A DNA stretch of 64,000 nt from Spirochaetia bacterium (GTDB lineage: Bacteria; Spirochaetota; Spirochaetia; SZUA-6; Bin103): the NCBI GenBank assembly GCA_965199955.1, contig CBDATQ010000002.1, positions 1,408,001 to 1,472,000 on the forward strand. Direction: 5' to 3'. Under the pieces are notes generated by a model. The model was not told where the DNA came from. It saw only the letters and a list, made by a program, of their open reading frames with translations, and ran no database searches. Shown here piece after piece: positions 40,575-50,028 of the stretch (positions are counted from its first letter, which is position 1; the number at the start of each line of letters is the position of its first letter). The position numbers were made by a program, and so were the translations under genes.

Positions 40575-41492
40575 TCAGTTCGAGATACGAATGTCGTAGT
40601 CGAGGTTCTCGGGCAGGCGATCCGTGAGCGCCGGAGAGTCAGGAGACCACTCAATTCTGCGGTTTCGCGTTGCCAGGTCAGGCGCACTGACGACGTTACG
40701 TTCGTCGTAGTGCCGGTAGAGGACGTCGAAGAAGTGTTCCAGGCGGAGAGGGCTTGTCAGCGGAGGGAATGTGTCGAGGAGTTCTCCGGCGTGGTCGCTG
40801 CGCACGTCGACCATCGCGAGCGAGATCGCTTCGTATCGGCTCGGATCGGAGCGAATACCGTCGCGACCCGTGAGAGATCCCAGTGCGGCATGGAAGCGCG
40901 AGATCGTTTCCACCGGCTTGCCGGCTTTGTCGAGCGCGATGTCGTTGGGGCCGAGTTGGCGGGAGCGTCGTTCGGCCGGAGGTGGTGACTCGGACACATC
41001 CGAGATCCGATTGGCACGGATCACGAAGAAGTAGCCGAAGACAAGGGCCGGGTACCGGATATGCAGATTCGTGCACTCGCCGATGGTCTCCTCCATACGG
41101 TTGGTGAGATTCCGAAAGGCGCCGGTCATCCCCTTGCACGACACCGCGAGGACAGGGCCGACTCCGGGCTTGTCCACAACGATGTCGACGTTCTTGGTCT
41201 TCAGGCCGCCCAGGATCGTGGCCTCGGCCCCGGTCGCCGTCTCCGGCGTGTGGTGGAGAACATGGCGACCGCGCGGATTCTTGACAGTGAACGGAGGCCG
41301 GGGTGTGAGCTCGTCAGGATGAAACCCGCCTTCGAGGACGAGCCGGCAGGTGACGTACCAGTGGAGTGGCTTGATGTGCTGTTGGCTCCGCGTCGGACCG
41401 TCATAGGTCGCGAAGTGGCGGAGTGCATCCCGCCGGGTGATCCACTCGCACGTTCGTCTTCGAGGCGTGGGACCATCACTTCCCGGAGGCAT
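40575..41492 (-). CDS. Putative type II restriction endonuclease (XhoI/PaeR7I-like PD-(D/E)XK)
   Basis: Own RBS GGAGG-CACT-ATG; KNVDIVV...LAVSCK...FRNLTNRMEETIGECTNL, similar to the D...K...N..NR.EE.IG pattern of that family. Directly downstream of an MTase. Confidence 0.65.
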   Translation of the reverse strand: MPPGSDGPTPRRRTCEWITRRDALRHFATYDGPTRSQQHIKPLHWYVTCRLVLEGGFHPDELTPRPPFTVKNPRGRHVLHHTPETATGAEATILGGLKTKNVDIVVDKPGVGPVLAVSCKGMTGAFRNLTNRMEETIGECTNLHIRYPALVFGYFFVIRANRISDVSESPPPAERRSRQLGPNDIALDKAGKPVETISRFHAALGSLTGRDGIRSDPSRYEAISLAMVDVRSDHAGELLDTFPPLTSPLRLEHFFDVLYRHYDERNVVSAPDLATRNRRIEWSPDSPALTDRLPENLDYDIRISN

Positions 41493-42499
41493 AGTGCCTC
41501 CAGGTGCGCAAGGTGGCCAAAGATTCGTCGATTTCCCGACCCGACAACCGGGCAGCAGTGAAGCATCAGGGAGCAGGACCCGAGCCGCTTCTCTTGGCTC
41601 CAGTTTGAGCATTCCGCCGCCGAGCGGGTGGCCCTCTATTTCACAGCTCATTCGGACGAATGAGGTCTCCCAGGTCCGCGTCAGCCATCGCAACAGCTTC
41701 TTTTCGTGTACGTGAACGGCATGCACGGTGTTGGTGCATGACGCCGCCGATGAGTTGCGCACGAGGAGCGGCGCCCGACCTGACATATACGTGAGAAAGA
41801 AGTCGGGAATCCTTACGTCGGGCACGGAGTACCACGGATGTCTGGTGCGGCACTTGTATGCGGTCCGAGCTCGCCGTCCCGCTTCGGTATCGAGGTAGCG
41901 CTGGACGCTCTGTGGCACGGTGTCACTTTTTCTGATCCGAAGCAGCAGCATGGGCTCGTCGAGACGGCGCCAACGGTCTATGGACGTTCTGGTCAGACGC
42001 CGCGGGGGCAACATGCGGCTCTTGCGGACGCTGGGATGGAGAAAATCGGCAGGGATCTGCCAACGCTCTGCTTCCGAAGGGCGTAAGTGGAAGAAGCCAT
42101 TTGCCCCGCTGACGTATCCGATCCCGACCGAAGCCATCATCCCGAACCTTCTCGAGCCAGGATGTCCGAGGGCGTGCTGGTACAGGGACCGCACGTCGCT
42201 GGACAGCAGGAAGGGTCTCAAGCGGCAGTTCCAGCCATGTCGCCACTCATTCAAGGCTATTCGTGTGCCGTTGCCGGGAGGTCGAGGCGAAGGAATGAAC
42301 TGGTCAACGAAGGTGAATCGCACCTCGGACGTTGCGCCGCCGAACCCGTCAGCGTAAAGGAGCCAGCAGTCTTCGGAGAGCTTCGGGAACAGTTTGTCGC
42401 GGATGGCGATGATCTTCACTACGTCAAAATGGGAAGCGAGGAACTCCAGGAGTGGAGCCGCATAGGGGGCATGACCGATCTCCGCGGGCACGACAAACG
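41476..42499 (-). pseudogene. N6-adenine DNA methyltransferase, C-terminal part only; cut by IS1634 and frameshifted at its 3' end
   Basis: AFVVPAEI..A.YA, IGYVSGANGFF, YKCRTRHPWYSVP, EGHPLGGGMLKLEPREA. The natural end EIDESLATLRTWRHYASGK* is in another frame. No SAM-binding or NPPY motif present. Confidence 0.75.
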
Positions 42500-44501
42500 C
42501 TAACCCGAAGTTCCAGAGCGTGAATCTCTCGTAACTTCATTGACAGAAATTAGTTGCAAGGTGATCTGCGTGCTGATTGGCGTCGTTTCGTGTCCATGTA
42601 GATGGTGGTGAATAGCGGCGAGATACATGCTATTTGATCTTGACATATCGTGACTTGTGTGCATGCTGTTGCCACAGATCAGTAGTCATGTACATCGAGT
42701 CTGTCCCCAACCGCTCCTCTCCCCCTGCCATCCTGCTCCGCGAGTCCTACCGCGAGCACGGCAAGGTCAAGAAGCGCACGCTCGCGAACCTCTCCAAATG
42801 GCCCCCTGATCTGGTCGACGGCTTGCGCACCCTGCTCAAGGGCGGCCACGCCTTCGCCTCGGTCTCGGATGCGTTGCTGCTCACGCGCTCGCTGCCCCAC
42901 GGCCACGTCGCCGCCGTGCTGGGCATCCTCAAGCAGCTCGGACTCCATACCCTCATCGCCCGCAAGGCCAGCCGCTCGCGCGAGCTGATCATCGCCATGA
43001 TCACCGCCCGCGTCATCGACGCGCAGTCCAAACTGGCCACCGCCCGCGCGCTCTCACCGCCCAGCGCCGTGTCCACCCTGGGCGAGTCGCTGCGGTTGGG
43101 GGAGGTCGATGAGAACGAGCTCTACGAGGCGATGGACTGGTTGGTCGGGCGCCAGGCGGCGATCGAGGACCGCCTGGCCGAACAGCACCTCAGCGAGCAC
43201 ACGCTGGTGCTCTACGACGTGAGCTCGACCTACTTCGAGGGCAGCCACTGCGAGCTGGCGCAGTTGGGACACAGCCGTGACGGCAAGTCGGGCACGCTGC
43301 AGATCGTGTTCGGGCTGCTGTGCACCCAGGAAGGCTGTCCGGTGGCGGTGGAGGTATTCCCTGGCTCTACCGCCGACCCGAAGACGGTGAGCGCGCAGGT
43401 GGACAAGATCCGCACCCGCTTCGGGCTCACGCGGGTGGTGCTGGTCGGCGACCGCGGGATGCTGAGCGCGGCGAGGATCCGCGAGGACCTGCAAGAGGTG
43501 GAGGGGCTGCGCTGGATCACCACGCTGCGCGCGCCGACGATCCGCAAGCTGGTGGCCGCCGGCGAGGTGGCGCCGTCGTTGTTCGACGAGCGCGACCTGG
43601 CCGAGATCACCAGCGAGGAGTTTCCGGGCGAGCGGCTGATCGTGTGCCGCAACCCGTTGCTGGCCGACGAACGGGAGCGCAAGCGCCAGGAGCTGCTACA
43701 GGCCACCGAGCAGAAGCTGGCCCCGATCGCTCAGGCCACCCAGCGCGTCCATCAGCCGCTACGGGGCGAGGCCGAGATCGGCATGCGGGTCGGCAAGGTG
43801 ATCAATCACTACAAGGTGGGCAAGCACTTCGTGACCGAGATCACCTCCGAGTCGTTCAGCTTTCGGCGCGATGAGGCCAAGATCGCCGCCGAGCAGGCGC
43901 TGGACGGGCTGTACATCGTGCGCAGCAACGTGGAGCCGCAGGTGCTCGACGCGGCGCAGACGGTGCGCGCCTACAAGGGGCTGTCGAAGGTGGAGCGGGC
44001 GTTTCGGTGCATGAAGTCCGTGGACCTGAAGGTGCGCCCGATTCACCACCGGCGCGCCGATCGGGTGCGGGCGCACGTGCTGCTGTGCATGCTGGCCTAC
44101 TACGTGGAGTGGCACATGCGGCGCTCGTTGGCGCCGTTGCTGTTCGACGATCACGATCGACAGGGCGCCGAGCGCAAGCGGGTCTCCGAAGTGGCGCCGG
44201 CGCAGCGATCGGCGGCCGCGGCGGCCAAGGCGTCGAGCAAGCGCACCGAGGACGGGTTGCCGGTGCACAGCTTTCGCACGCTGATCACTGAACTGGGCAC
44301 GCTGACGGCGAACACGATGCAGGTTGCAGAGGGCGGCAGCACGTTCACGCTGCACACGCACCCGACGCCGGTTCAGCAGCGCTGTTTCGAGCTGCTTGGG
44401 GTCACGCCCCGCATGTAGCCATGCACAGGAACCTGCACCATTGAGAAACTACCCTGACCACAAGGACTTCAGGCAATTTCGCTCCTGGAACTTCGGCTTA
44501 G
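42500..44501 (+). mobile_element. IS1634-family insertion sequence, about 2.0 kb
   Basis: IRs CTAACCCGAAGTTCCAG and (reverse complement) CTAAGCCGAAGTTCCAG. No 5-6 bp TSD visible; exact ends uncertain by a few bp. Confidence 0.85.
42688..44418 (+). CDS. IS1634-family DDE transposase
   Basis: LLRESYRE.GKVKKRTLANLS, LYDVSSTYFEG, GHSRDGK, VGDRGM, YKGLSKVERAFR, RVRAHVLLCMLAYY. Confidence 0.93.
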   Translation: MYIESVPNRSSPPAILLRESYREHGKVKKRTLANLSKWPPDLVDGLRTLLKGGHAFASVSDALLLTRSLPHGHVAAVLGILKQLGLHTLIARKASRSRELIIAMITARVIDAQSKLATARALSPPSAVSTLGESLRLGEVDENELYEAMDWLVGRQAAIEDRLAEQHLSEHTLVLYDVSSTYFEGSHCELAQLGHSRDGKSGTLQIVFGLLCTQEGCPVAVEVFPGSTADPKTVSAQVDKIRTRFGLTRVVLVGDRGMLSAARIREDLQEVEGLRWITTLRAPTIRKLVAAGEVAPSLFDERDLAEITSEEFPGERLIVCRNPLLADERERKRQELLQATEQKLAPIAQATQRVHQPLRGEAEIGMRVGKVINHYKVGKHFVTEITSESFSFRRDEAKIAAEQALDGLYIVRSNVEPQVLDAAQTVRAYKGLSKVERAFRCMKSVDLKVRPIHHRRADRVRAHVLLCMLAYYVEWHMRRSLAPLLFDDHDRQGAERKRVSEVAPAQRSAAAAAKASSKRTEDGLPVHSFRTLITELGTLTANTMQVAEGGSTFTLHTHPTPVQQRCFELLGVTPRM

Positions 44502-44587
44502 CCGCTGTGCGAGCGATAGTTCGTCAGCCCGCCGCCTCGCAGTTGCCGGGGCGGCTGAGGGCCGGGTACAACACCCGGGCAGGAGTG

Positions 44588-45298
44588 ATGCAGATGAGTG
44601 CCGGTACGTCGGGCCTGCGCTACACGGCAGCGGTCGACAAGCGCTTCAAGAGCCCCGGTCCGCAGCCGAACGGCATCCAGGCGGCGGACGCCGGGCTGTG
44701 GTGCATCGATCAGGTCGATCTCAAGGTATACCTGCTGGACTGGGCTACCGGCGCGACGCTGCAGGAGTTCCAGACCGCCACCGAGCACTCCAGCGGTATC
44801 ACCCAGGACGGCGACGGCAACCTGTGGATCACCTCGACCTTTCAGCTCGAGGTGGTGAAGATCGATCCCCGGACCGGCGTGGAGCTGGCCCGCTATCCGG
44901 ATCCGGGGGCCGGCCTCACCGCACAGGCCGAGCAGGCCGGTGGCAACGGCAAGCGGACGGGGTCGCACGGCGTCGAATGGCGCGCCGGCAGGATCTACCT
45001 GGCGGCGCCGCCGACGCAGCGCCTGCACGTGATGGCCGCGGCCACCTGGGAGCCCGTGCGGACGTTGCCGCTGCCGGGCCTGCGCCCGCACGGGCTCGGC
45101 TGGAACCACGACGGCCGGCTGTGGGTGTCGGACACCTCCGCGGGAACCGTCCACGCCATGGACCCGGAGACAGGACGCATCCACGACGTGTTCCGCGTCG
45201 CCGAGCCGGCCGAGGTGCACGGCATGACGGTGCGCGACGGGCACGAGATCTGGTACTGCGACGCCGGCAAGCGCGACGTGGGCGTGCTGGTCAGGTGA
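44588..45298 (+). CDS. Beta-propeller protein (Vgb/glutamine cyclotransferase-like repeats)
   Basis: Repeats PNGI..GLW, SGITQDGDGNLW, HGVEW, PHGLGWNHDGRLW, HGMTVRDG. Confidence 0.6.
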   Translation: MQMSAGTSGLRYTAAVDKRFKSPGPQPNGIQAADAGLWCIDQVDLKVYLLDWATGATLQEFQTATEHSSGITQDGDGNLWITSTFQLEVVKIDPRTGVELARYPDPGAGLTAQAEQAGGNGKRTGSHGVEWRAGRIYLAAPPTQRLHVMAAATWEPVRTLPLPGLRPHGLGWNHDGRLWVSDTSAGTVHAMDPETGRIHDVFRVAEPAEVHGMTVRDGHEIWYCDAGKRDVGVLVR

Positions 45299-46160
45299 GC
45301 TCCGCTCCGCAGATCGAGGTTTCGCCCGCTCCCGAGTAGAGCAGATAGGTCCCGCCGGCTTCCCGGTAGATCGCAGGGTCGCGCAGCTCGTTGACCGGGT
45401 CATGCACGGCTCCGGATCTGGAGGGCCGCAGGGGCAGGTCGCTCCCCTCGTAGGGCAACTCGGGGCGCAGTACCTCGACCGCTTCGGAGGCATGCCAGCG
45501 GCGCCAGTCGCCATCCAGGCTCATGCTGGAGGCCACGATGCGCTCCGGGCAGTCGCCCACGCGGCTGTAGAACACCCGCAACGAGGCACCCTCCTTGACG
45601 ACCGCGGCGTGGCGCATCCTCGGGAGCACAGCCGGCCCGGGCTCGAACCGGTCACGCCCGTCGGGCGAACGCAGCAGAATCCCGCCGCCGCTCAGGTCGG
45701 GCACCCTGGCGATGGCGAACCAAGCCCCGTCGTGCTGGAACACCCGGAAGTACGACGGGCCGAAGGCGATGTGCTCGGCCTCGAAGCGCAGGCCGTCCGC
45801 CGACGACGCGCGGAAGGAGAGCTGCCCTGCCGGCGTCACGCCGTGAAAGTACAGGAGGATCCGGCGGTGTTCGTCGAGCACGTGAACGTCAGGGGAGGCG
45901 ATGTGATGCTGGCAGTCGGTCTGCTCCAGCCTCAGCACCCCTGGGCGGTATACCGTCCACGGCCCGTGCACGTCGTCGGCATACGCCATGCGAATGAAGG
46001 TCCCCTGATGGTGGGCGAAGTAGAGGTAGTAACGTCCCAGGGGATCGCTCACCCAATTGGGCACCCGAATCAGCGACGGCCCGTTGAGATTGGCTCCGAT
46101 GCGCGGGTCCATGCCGGCATGGAGGAGGGGATTCTCATCGAAGCGAGCGACGCGATACAT
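45291..46160 (-). CDS. Hypothetical five-bladed propeller, glycosidase-like
   Basis: NGPSLIRVP...YYLYFAHH.G..IRMAYAD...GPW, HIASPDV, ELRDPAIY...LLYSGAGE. Confidence 0.6.
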   Translation of the reverse strand: MYRVARFDENPLLHAGMDPRIGANLNGPSLIRVPNWVSDPLGRYYLYFAHHQGTFIRMAYADDVHGPWTVYRPGVLRLEQTDCQHHIASPDVHVLDEHRRILLYFHGVTPAGQLSFRASSADGLRFEAEHIAFGPSYFRVFQHDGAWFAIARVPDLSGGGILLRSPDGRDRFEPGPAVLPRMRHAAVVKEGASLRVFYSRVGDCPERIVASSMSLDGDWRRWHASEAVEVLRPELPYEGSDLPLRPSRSGAVHDPVNELRDPAIYREAGGTYLLYSGAGETSICGAELT

Positions 46161-46205
46161 CCGAGCGAGCAGGTGCTCAGGTGACTCTCAACGACAGGTC
46201 ACCGA

Positions 46206-47123
46206 TCATTCGTCTGAGAAGTAGTCGGCGTCGATTCTCTTCACCTCATAGGTGGCATCAGTGGTCACGCCAACCCCATGGTCGATCATGAACTCGGCGA
46301 GTCGGTCTCCACCGATCAGAATCACCTTGGTCTCGATATTTGATGCATATTGAGTGGCTTCCTTGGAGAAGGTGGAAGTTGTAATGAAGACGCCCTTTCG
46401 CGCCCGCTGTCCCTGCAATGCGCCTGCGAACTTCTGAACCTCCGGCCTGCTGACTACGCCTTCCCATCGTTTTGCCTGGATGTAGATGATATCCAGTCCC
46501 AAACGATCTTCCTTGATGATCCCGTCAATGCCTTCATCGCCCGATTTGCCGATGACTTCACCAGCTTCCTGAAGCGAGCCACCGTAGCCCATCCGTACGA
46601 GCAGGTCGACAACGAGTTTCTCGAAGAAACCTGCGGGTGAGTTCTTGACCGTATCCAGTATTTCCGCCGCGAGATTTGACCGAAGCGTCTGATATGCTTC
46701 CTGTATTGCTTCCTCCGGAGTGCTTGTTAGAGAGTCATAAGGCCGCACATTGCTGCCATTAGTCGATGATTCTTTCTCCGTTCTTGACGTTCGAAAATCA
46801 ACGAATTCTGGGAACTTATTAAGGAACTTGGTGTCGATCTTCGAGGGAGCGTCGGCGAGAACGTTGCGACCACGATCAGTGATACGGAAGTGAGCCCTCC
46901 TCGGCGACTCCAACAGCCCGGCCTTCCTGAGGTAAGTGGCAGCCCAACCGACGCGGTGTCGGAATCTCTGCTTTCCGCTCGGCAACGGCTCGTCCATTTC
47001 GTCCTGTGTCAGCGAGAAACGCAAAGCGAGAGGTTCGACCTCATCGCTTACTCGATGCTCCTGGCCGTCTTGTGCCAGCTCAAGCAGCGGCAACATGATG
47101 GATTGAAATTCGGGTATCGCCAC
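46206..47123 (-). CDS. mrr: Mrr-type (type IV) restriction endonuclease
   Basis: AIPEFQSIMLPLL, RVGWAATYL.KAGLL (winged helix), FFEKLVVDLL..MGYG, GDEGIDGII.ED.LGLD.IYIQAKRW. Visibly lower GC than the flanks. Confidence 0.95.
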   Translation of the reverse strand: MAIPEFQSIMLPLLELAQDGQEHRVSDEVEPLALRFSLTQDEMDEPLPSGKQRFRHRVGWAATYLRKAGLLESPRRAHFRITDRGRNVLADAPSKIDTKFLNKFPEFVDFRTSRTEKESSTNGSNVRPYDSLTSTPEEAIQEAYQTLRSNLAAEILDTVKNSPAGFFEKLVVDLLVRMGYGGSLQEAGEVIGKSGDEGIDGIIKEDRLGLDIIYIQAKRWEGVVSRPEVQKFAGALQGQRARKGVFITTSTFSKEATQYASNIETKVILIGGDRLAEFMIDHGVGVTTDATYEVKRIDADYFSDE

Positions 47124-47244
47124 AAGAACTCCTTAGTACTCGTACAGATGGGTCGATAGCGTCGTTACTGGTGCCAATGTTCTCGGGTGGTCAGCACGAT
47201 GGGATCAGCCCCTCGTGTTCCTGATCGAGGCGAGGCTTCCCTCT

Positions 47245-48189
47245 TCAAGAGACCCGCACCAGCTTGCGGAAGCTGCGGACCTCGTGCGGCGGGGTGAGCC
47301 TTCTGCCGTACGCGGCCCAGGAGACTTCGCCGACGTAGATGTCTCCGTGCGAGTCGACCGCCAGCCCGTGCGGGGCGATGAACTGGCCCGGTCCCTCGCC
47401 GAGCCGGACGTCGCCGAGGCGCGCCAGCCGTCGTCCGGTGAGGTCGTGGACGCTCACGCAGCAGCCCAGGTTGGGGTAGTCGGCATTGACCGTCAGCTCG
47501 GTGACGATCTGGCCGATGTAGACATGGTCGCCGGCAATGTGCAGCCCACACGGGCGGTGGAGGTCGTTCCACTGGTCCAGGTAGGCGCCCCGGTTGTCGA
47601 AGATCTGCACGCGGTGGCTCTCGCGGTCGGCGACGTAGACGGTGCCGTCGCCGTCGGTGCAGACGCTGTGCGGGAGGTTGAACTGGCCGGGGTCGGTGCC
47701 GTGCTCGCCCCAGGAGAACAGGTGCTCGCCGTCGACGGTGAACTTGTGCACACGGGCGTTGCCGTAGCCGTCCGAGATGTAGAGGTCGCCGCTCGCGGGA
47801 TCGAACGCCACCTTGGTCGGGCGGTTGAACGGCTGGCCGCCGTGCAGCGGCGCGGGCTGGTCCCGCGTGCCGTAGGTCGCAAGCAACTCGCCGCCGGGCG
47901 TGCAGCGCCGGACGCAGTGCCCGTCGTCGTCGACGCAGTAGAGCGTGCCGTCGGGGCCGATGGTGAGCCCGTGCGCGCGGGTGAACAGATCATCGCCCCA
48001 CGAGGTGACGAACGTGCCGTCCCGCTCGAAGACCATCATCGGATGGTCGCTGCGGTTGAAGACGTAGACGCGGTCGTCCTCATCCACGGCCACGTCGGCC
48101 ACCTCCAGGAAGCTCCAGCCGGCGGGCAGGTGCGCCCAGTCGTCGATCTCCTCGTACCGGTAGTCGCCGTCACCAAGCATGGTCTTCAT
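47245..48189 (-). CDS. NHL-repeat protein (peptidyl-alpha-hydroxyglycine lyase-like)
   Basis: FNRPTKVA, YISDGYGNARVHKF, PGQFNLPHS, VADRESHRVQIFD, GQFIAPHGLAVDS. Confidence 0.88.
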   Translation of the reverse strand: MKTMLGDGDYRYEEIDDWAHLPAGWSFLEVADVAVDEDDRVYVFNRSDHPMMVFERDGTFVTSWGDDLFTRAHGLTIGPDGTLYCVDDDGHCVRRCTPGGELLATYGTRDQPAPLHGGQPFNRPTKVAFDPASGDLYISDGYGNARVHKFTVDGEHLFSWGEHGTDPGQFNLPHSVCTDGDGTVYVADRESHRVQIFDNRGAYLDQWNDLHRPCGLHIAGDHVYIGQIVTELTVNADYPNLGCCVSVHDLTGRRLARLGDVRLGEGPGQFIAPHGLAVDSHGDIYVGEVSWAAYGRRLTPPHEVRSFRKLVRVS

Positions 48190-48224
48190 GTCTCACCTTC
48201 CGTCATCGTGTGTCGTGTTCCCGT

Positions 48225-49223
48225 TCAGCCGGGATACCAGATCCGGCGCGGATCGTCGTCTGCGCGGCGATAGTCCCACGCCTCGTCGATCAACCGTGGC
48301 AGGTCGTAGCGCGGCCGCCAGCCCAGCAGGAATTTCGCTTTGGTGTTGTCCAGCCAGGTGCCGTGAAACTCGGTGGGCACCTCGACGCTTGGCAGCCCCC
48401 GCGTCGCCCGCAGATGGCGCGCCACCTCGCGGTAATCGACCGGCTCGTCCATGCAGATGTTGAAGAGCTGCTGCCGCGCCGCCGGGTGGTCCAGCGCGGT
48501 GACGATCGCCGTCACCAGGTCGTCGACGTGGACGAAGTTGCGCAGCACCGGCCGGCCCTGCGGGTCGAGCATCACCGGCACCGTCCCTGCCGCCCGGTAT
48601 GCCTCCGCCTTCTCCGTCCCTACCAGGTCGCGCCACCGCGGGCCGCCGAACACGTCCTCGCCGAACGACAGCGAGCAGCGGAAGTCGTCCTTCTCCATGA
48701 TCCACGGGGCGCGCAGGCAGCAGCCGTCCAGGTCGTACTGGATGTAGTACTGCTCGAGCATCGCCTCCTCCAGCACCTTGGACAGCGCGTAGCAGCCGGC
48801 GTAGGCGGAGTGCTTCTGCGTTTCGGTCACCGGTACCGGATGGGGATAGACGAAGTGGCCGACGCCGGCGTCCCCGCCGATCAGGACGAAGCGTTCGAAA
48901 TCCGGCGACTGCCGGCACTCCTCCAGCAGCCAGAACAGGCCCTTGACCGTGACGTCGATGACGTCGTCCGGCGTCTCCTTGCAGGAGGCCAGGTGGAGCA
49001 CGTGCGTGACGCCTTCCGCCGCCCGCGCCACGTCGGCCCGCTCGGCCATCGAGCCGCGCACCACCTCCAGCCGCTCGCCGGCCGCGAGCTGCCGGTTGTG
49101 GCACAGCGCGCGCAGGCGGGCGCCGGCCCATGCCGGTTCCGCCAGGAAGCGGGCGATGAAGTGCTGCCCGACCTTGCCGCTGGCCCCGGTGACCAGGACG
49201 ATCTTCTCCGACCGGTCCGCCAC
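48225..49223 (-). CDS. NAD-dependent epimerase/dehydratase (extended SDR)
   Basis: VTGASGKVG, YALSK (YxxxK), FVHVDDLV, LLGWRPRY. Confidence 0.88.
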   Translation of the reverse strand: MADRSEKIVLVTGASGKVGQHFIARFLAEPAWAGARLRALCHNRQLAAGERLEVVRGSMAERADVARAAEGVTHVLHLASCKETPDDVIDVTVKGLFWLLEECRQSPDFERFVLIGGDAGVGHFVYPHPVPVTETQKHSAYAGCYALSKVLEEAMLEQYYIQYDLDGCCLRAPWIMEKDDFRCSLSFGEDVFGGPRWRDLVGTEKAEAYRAAGTVPVMLDPQGRPVLRNFVHVDDLVTAIVTALDHPAARQQLFNICMDEPVDYREVARHLRATRGLPSVEVPTEFHGTWLDNTKAKFLLGWRPRYDLPRLIDEAWDYRRADDDPRRIWYPG

Positions 49224-49224
49224 G

Positions 49225-50028
49225 CTACTCGTCCTTCAGGCGCAGCAGCATGCTCCCCTGGTTGCCCTCGTCGAAACGCCGCTTCAGCGCCCGCCGGTCG
49301 AAGAACTGGCTGGAGTCGTAGACGTGCCGGAAGCGGCCGCCGCGGTCGAACCCCTGCCGGAGCGCCTCCCGGTTGACCTCCTCCACGGTGCCGTACGCCG
49401 GCCAGAGGATGCCGTGCTGGCAGTAGGAGACGTCGATGAAGTAGCGCCCGCGCTGCTGGCCGCCCGGCTTGGCGCGCCGCGCGTGCCAGACCGCCGAGTG
49501 GACGATCACCGCTGACCCCGGCGGCAGGCAGTCGACGCAGACCGAGCCCGGAAGGCTTTTGGTGCCGAACAGGGCGAGGCTCCCCTCCACCACGGTGTTC
49601 TGCGAGCCCGGCAGCACCAGCAGGTCGCCGACCTCGCCGTTGAGGCCGTTCAGATAGTAGAAGACGTGCACCATCACGTGCGAGCGGTTGGTCTGCGGCT
49701 CCTGCTCGTAGTCCTGGTGCCAGTGGACGCCGCGTTCGCCGGGATCGTGCCGGTTCGAGTGGATGTGGTGCATGGCGAAGCGCGGGCCCATCAGCGTTTC
49801 GACCATGGCCATCATCGGCGGATGCGAGGTGAGCAGCCCCATCTCGCGGTAGGAGGTCAGCAGCGGCTTCGCCCCGCCGGCGCGGTCGGCCATCAGCTCG
49901 TCGACCTCCGCGATCAGGCGGTCGTTGTACGCGGGCTCCAGGAAGCTCTCCAGGATCACGTACCCGTCGCGCTCGAAGTCCTCCGTCTGCTGCGCCGCCA
50001 GGCCGGCGGCGCCCGGTTCGGTGCTCAT
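49225..50028 (-). CDS. Phytanoyl-CoA dioxygenase (PhyH) family Fe/2OG enzyme
   Basis: FERDGYVILE, WHQD (HxD), LVLPGSQ, PGSAVIVHSAVWH. Confidence 0.88.
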   Translation of the reverse strand: MSTEPGAAGLAAQQTEDFERDGYVILESFLEPAYNDRLIAEVDELMADRAGGAKPLLTSYREMGLLTSHPPMMAMVETLMGPRFAMHHIHSNRHDPGERGVHWHQDYEQEPQTNRSHVMVHVFYYLNGLNGEVGDLLVLPGSQNTVVEGSLALFGTKSLPGSVCVDCLPPGSAVIVHSAVWHARRAKPGGQQRGRYFIDVSYCQHGILWPAYGTVEEVNREALRQGFDRGGRFRHVYDSSQFFDRRALKRRFDEGNQGSMLLRLKDE

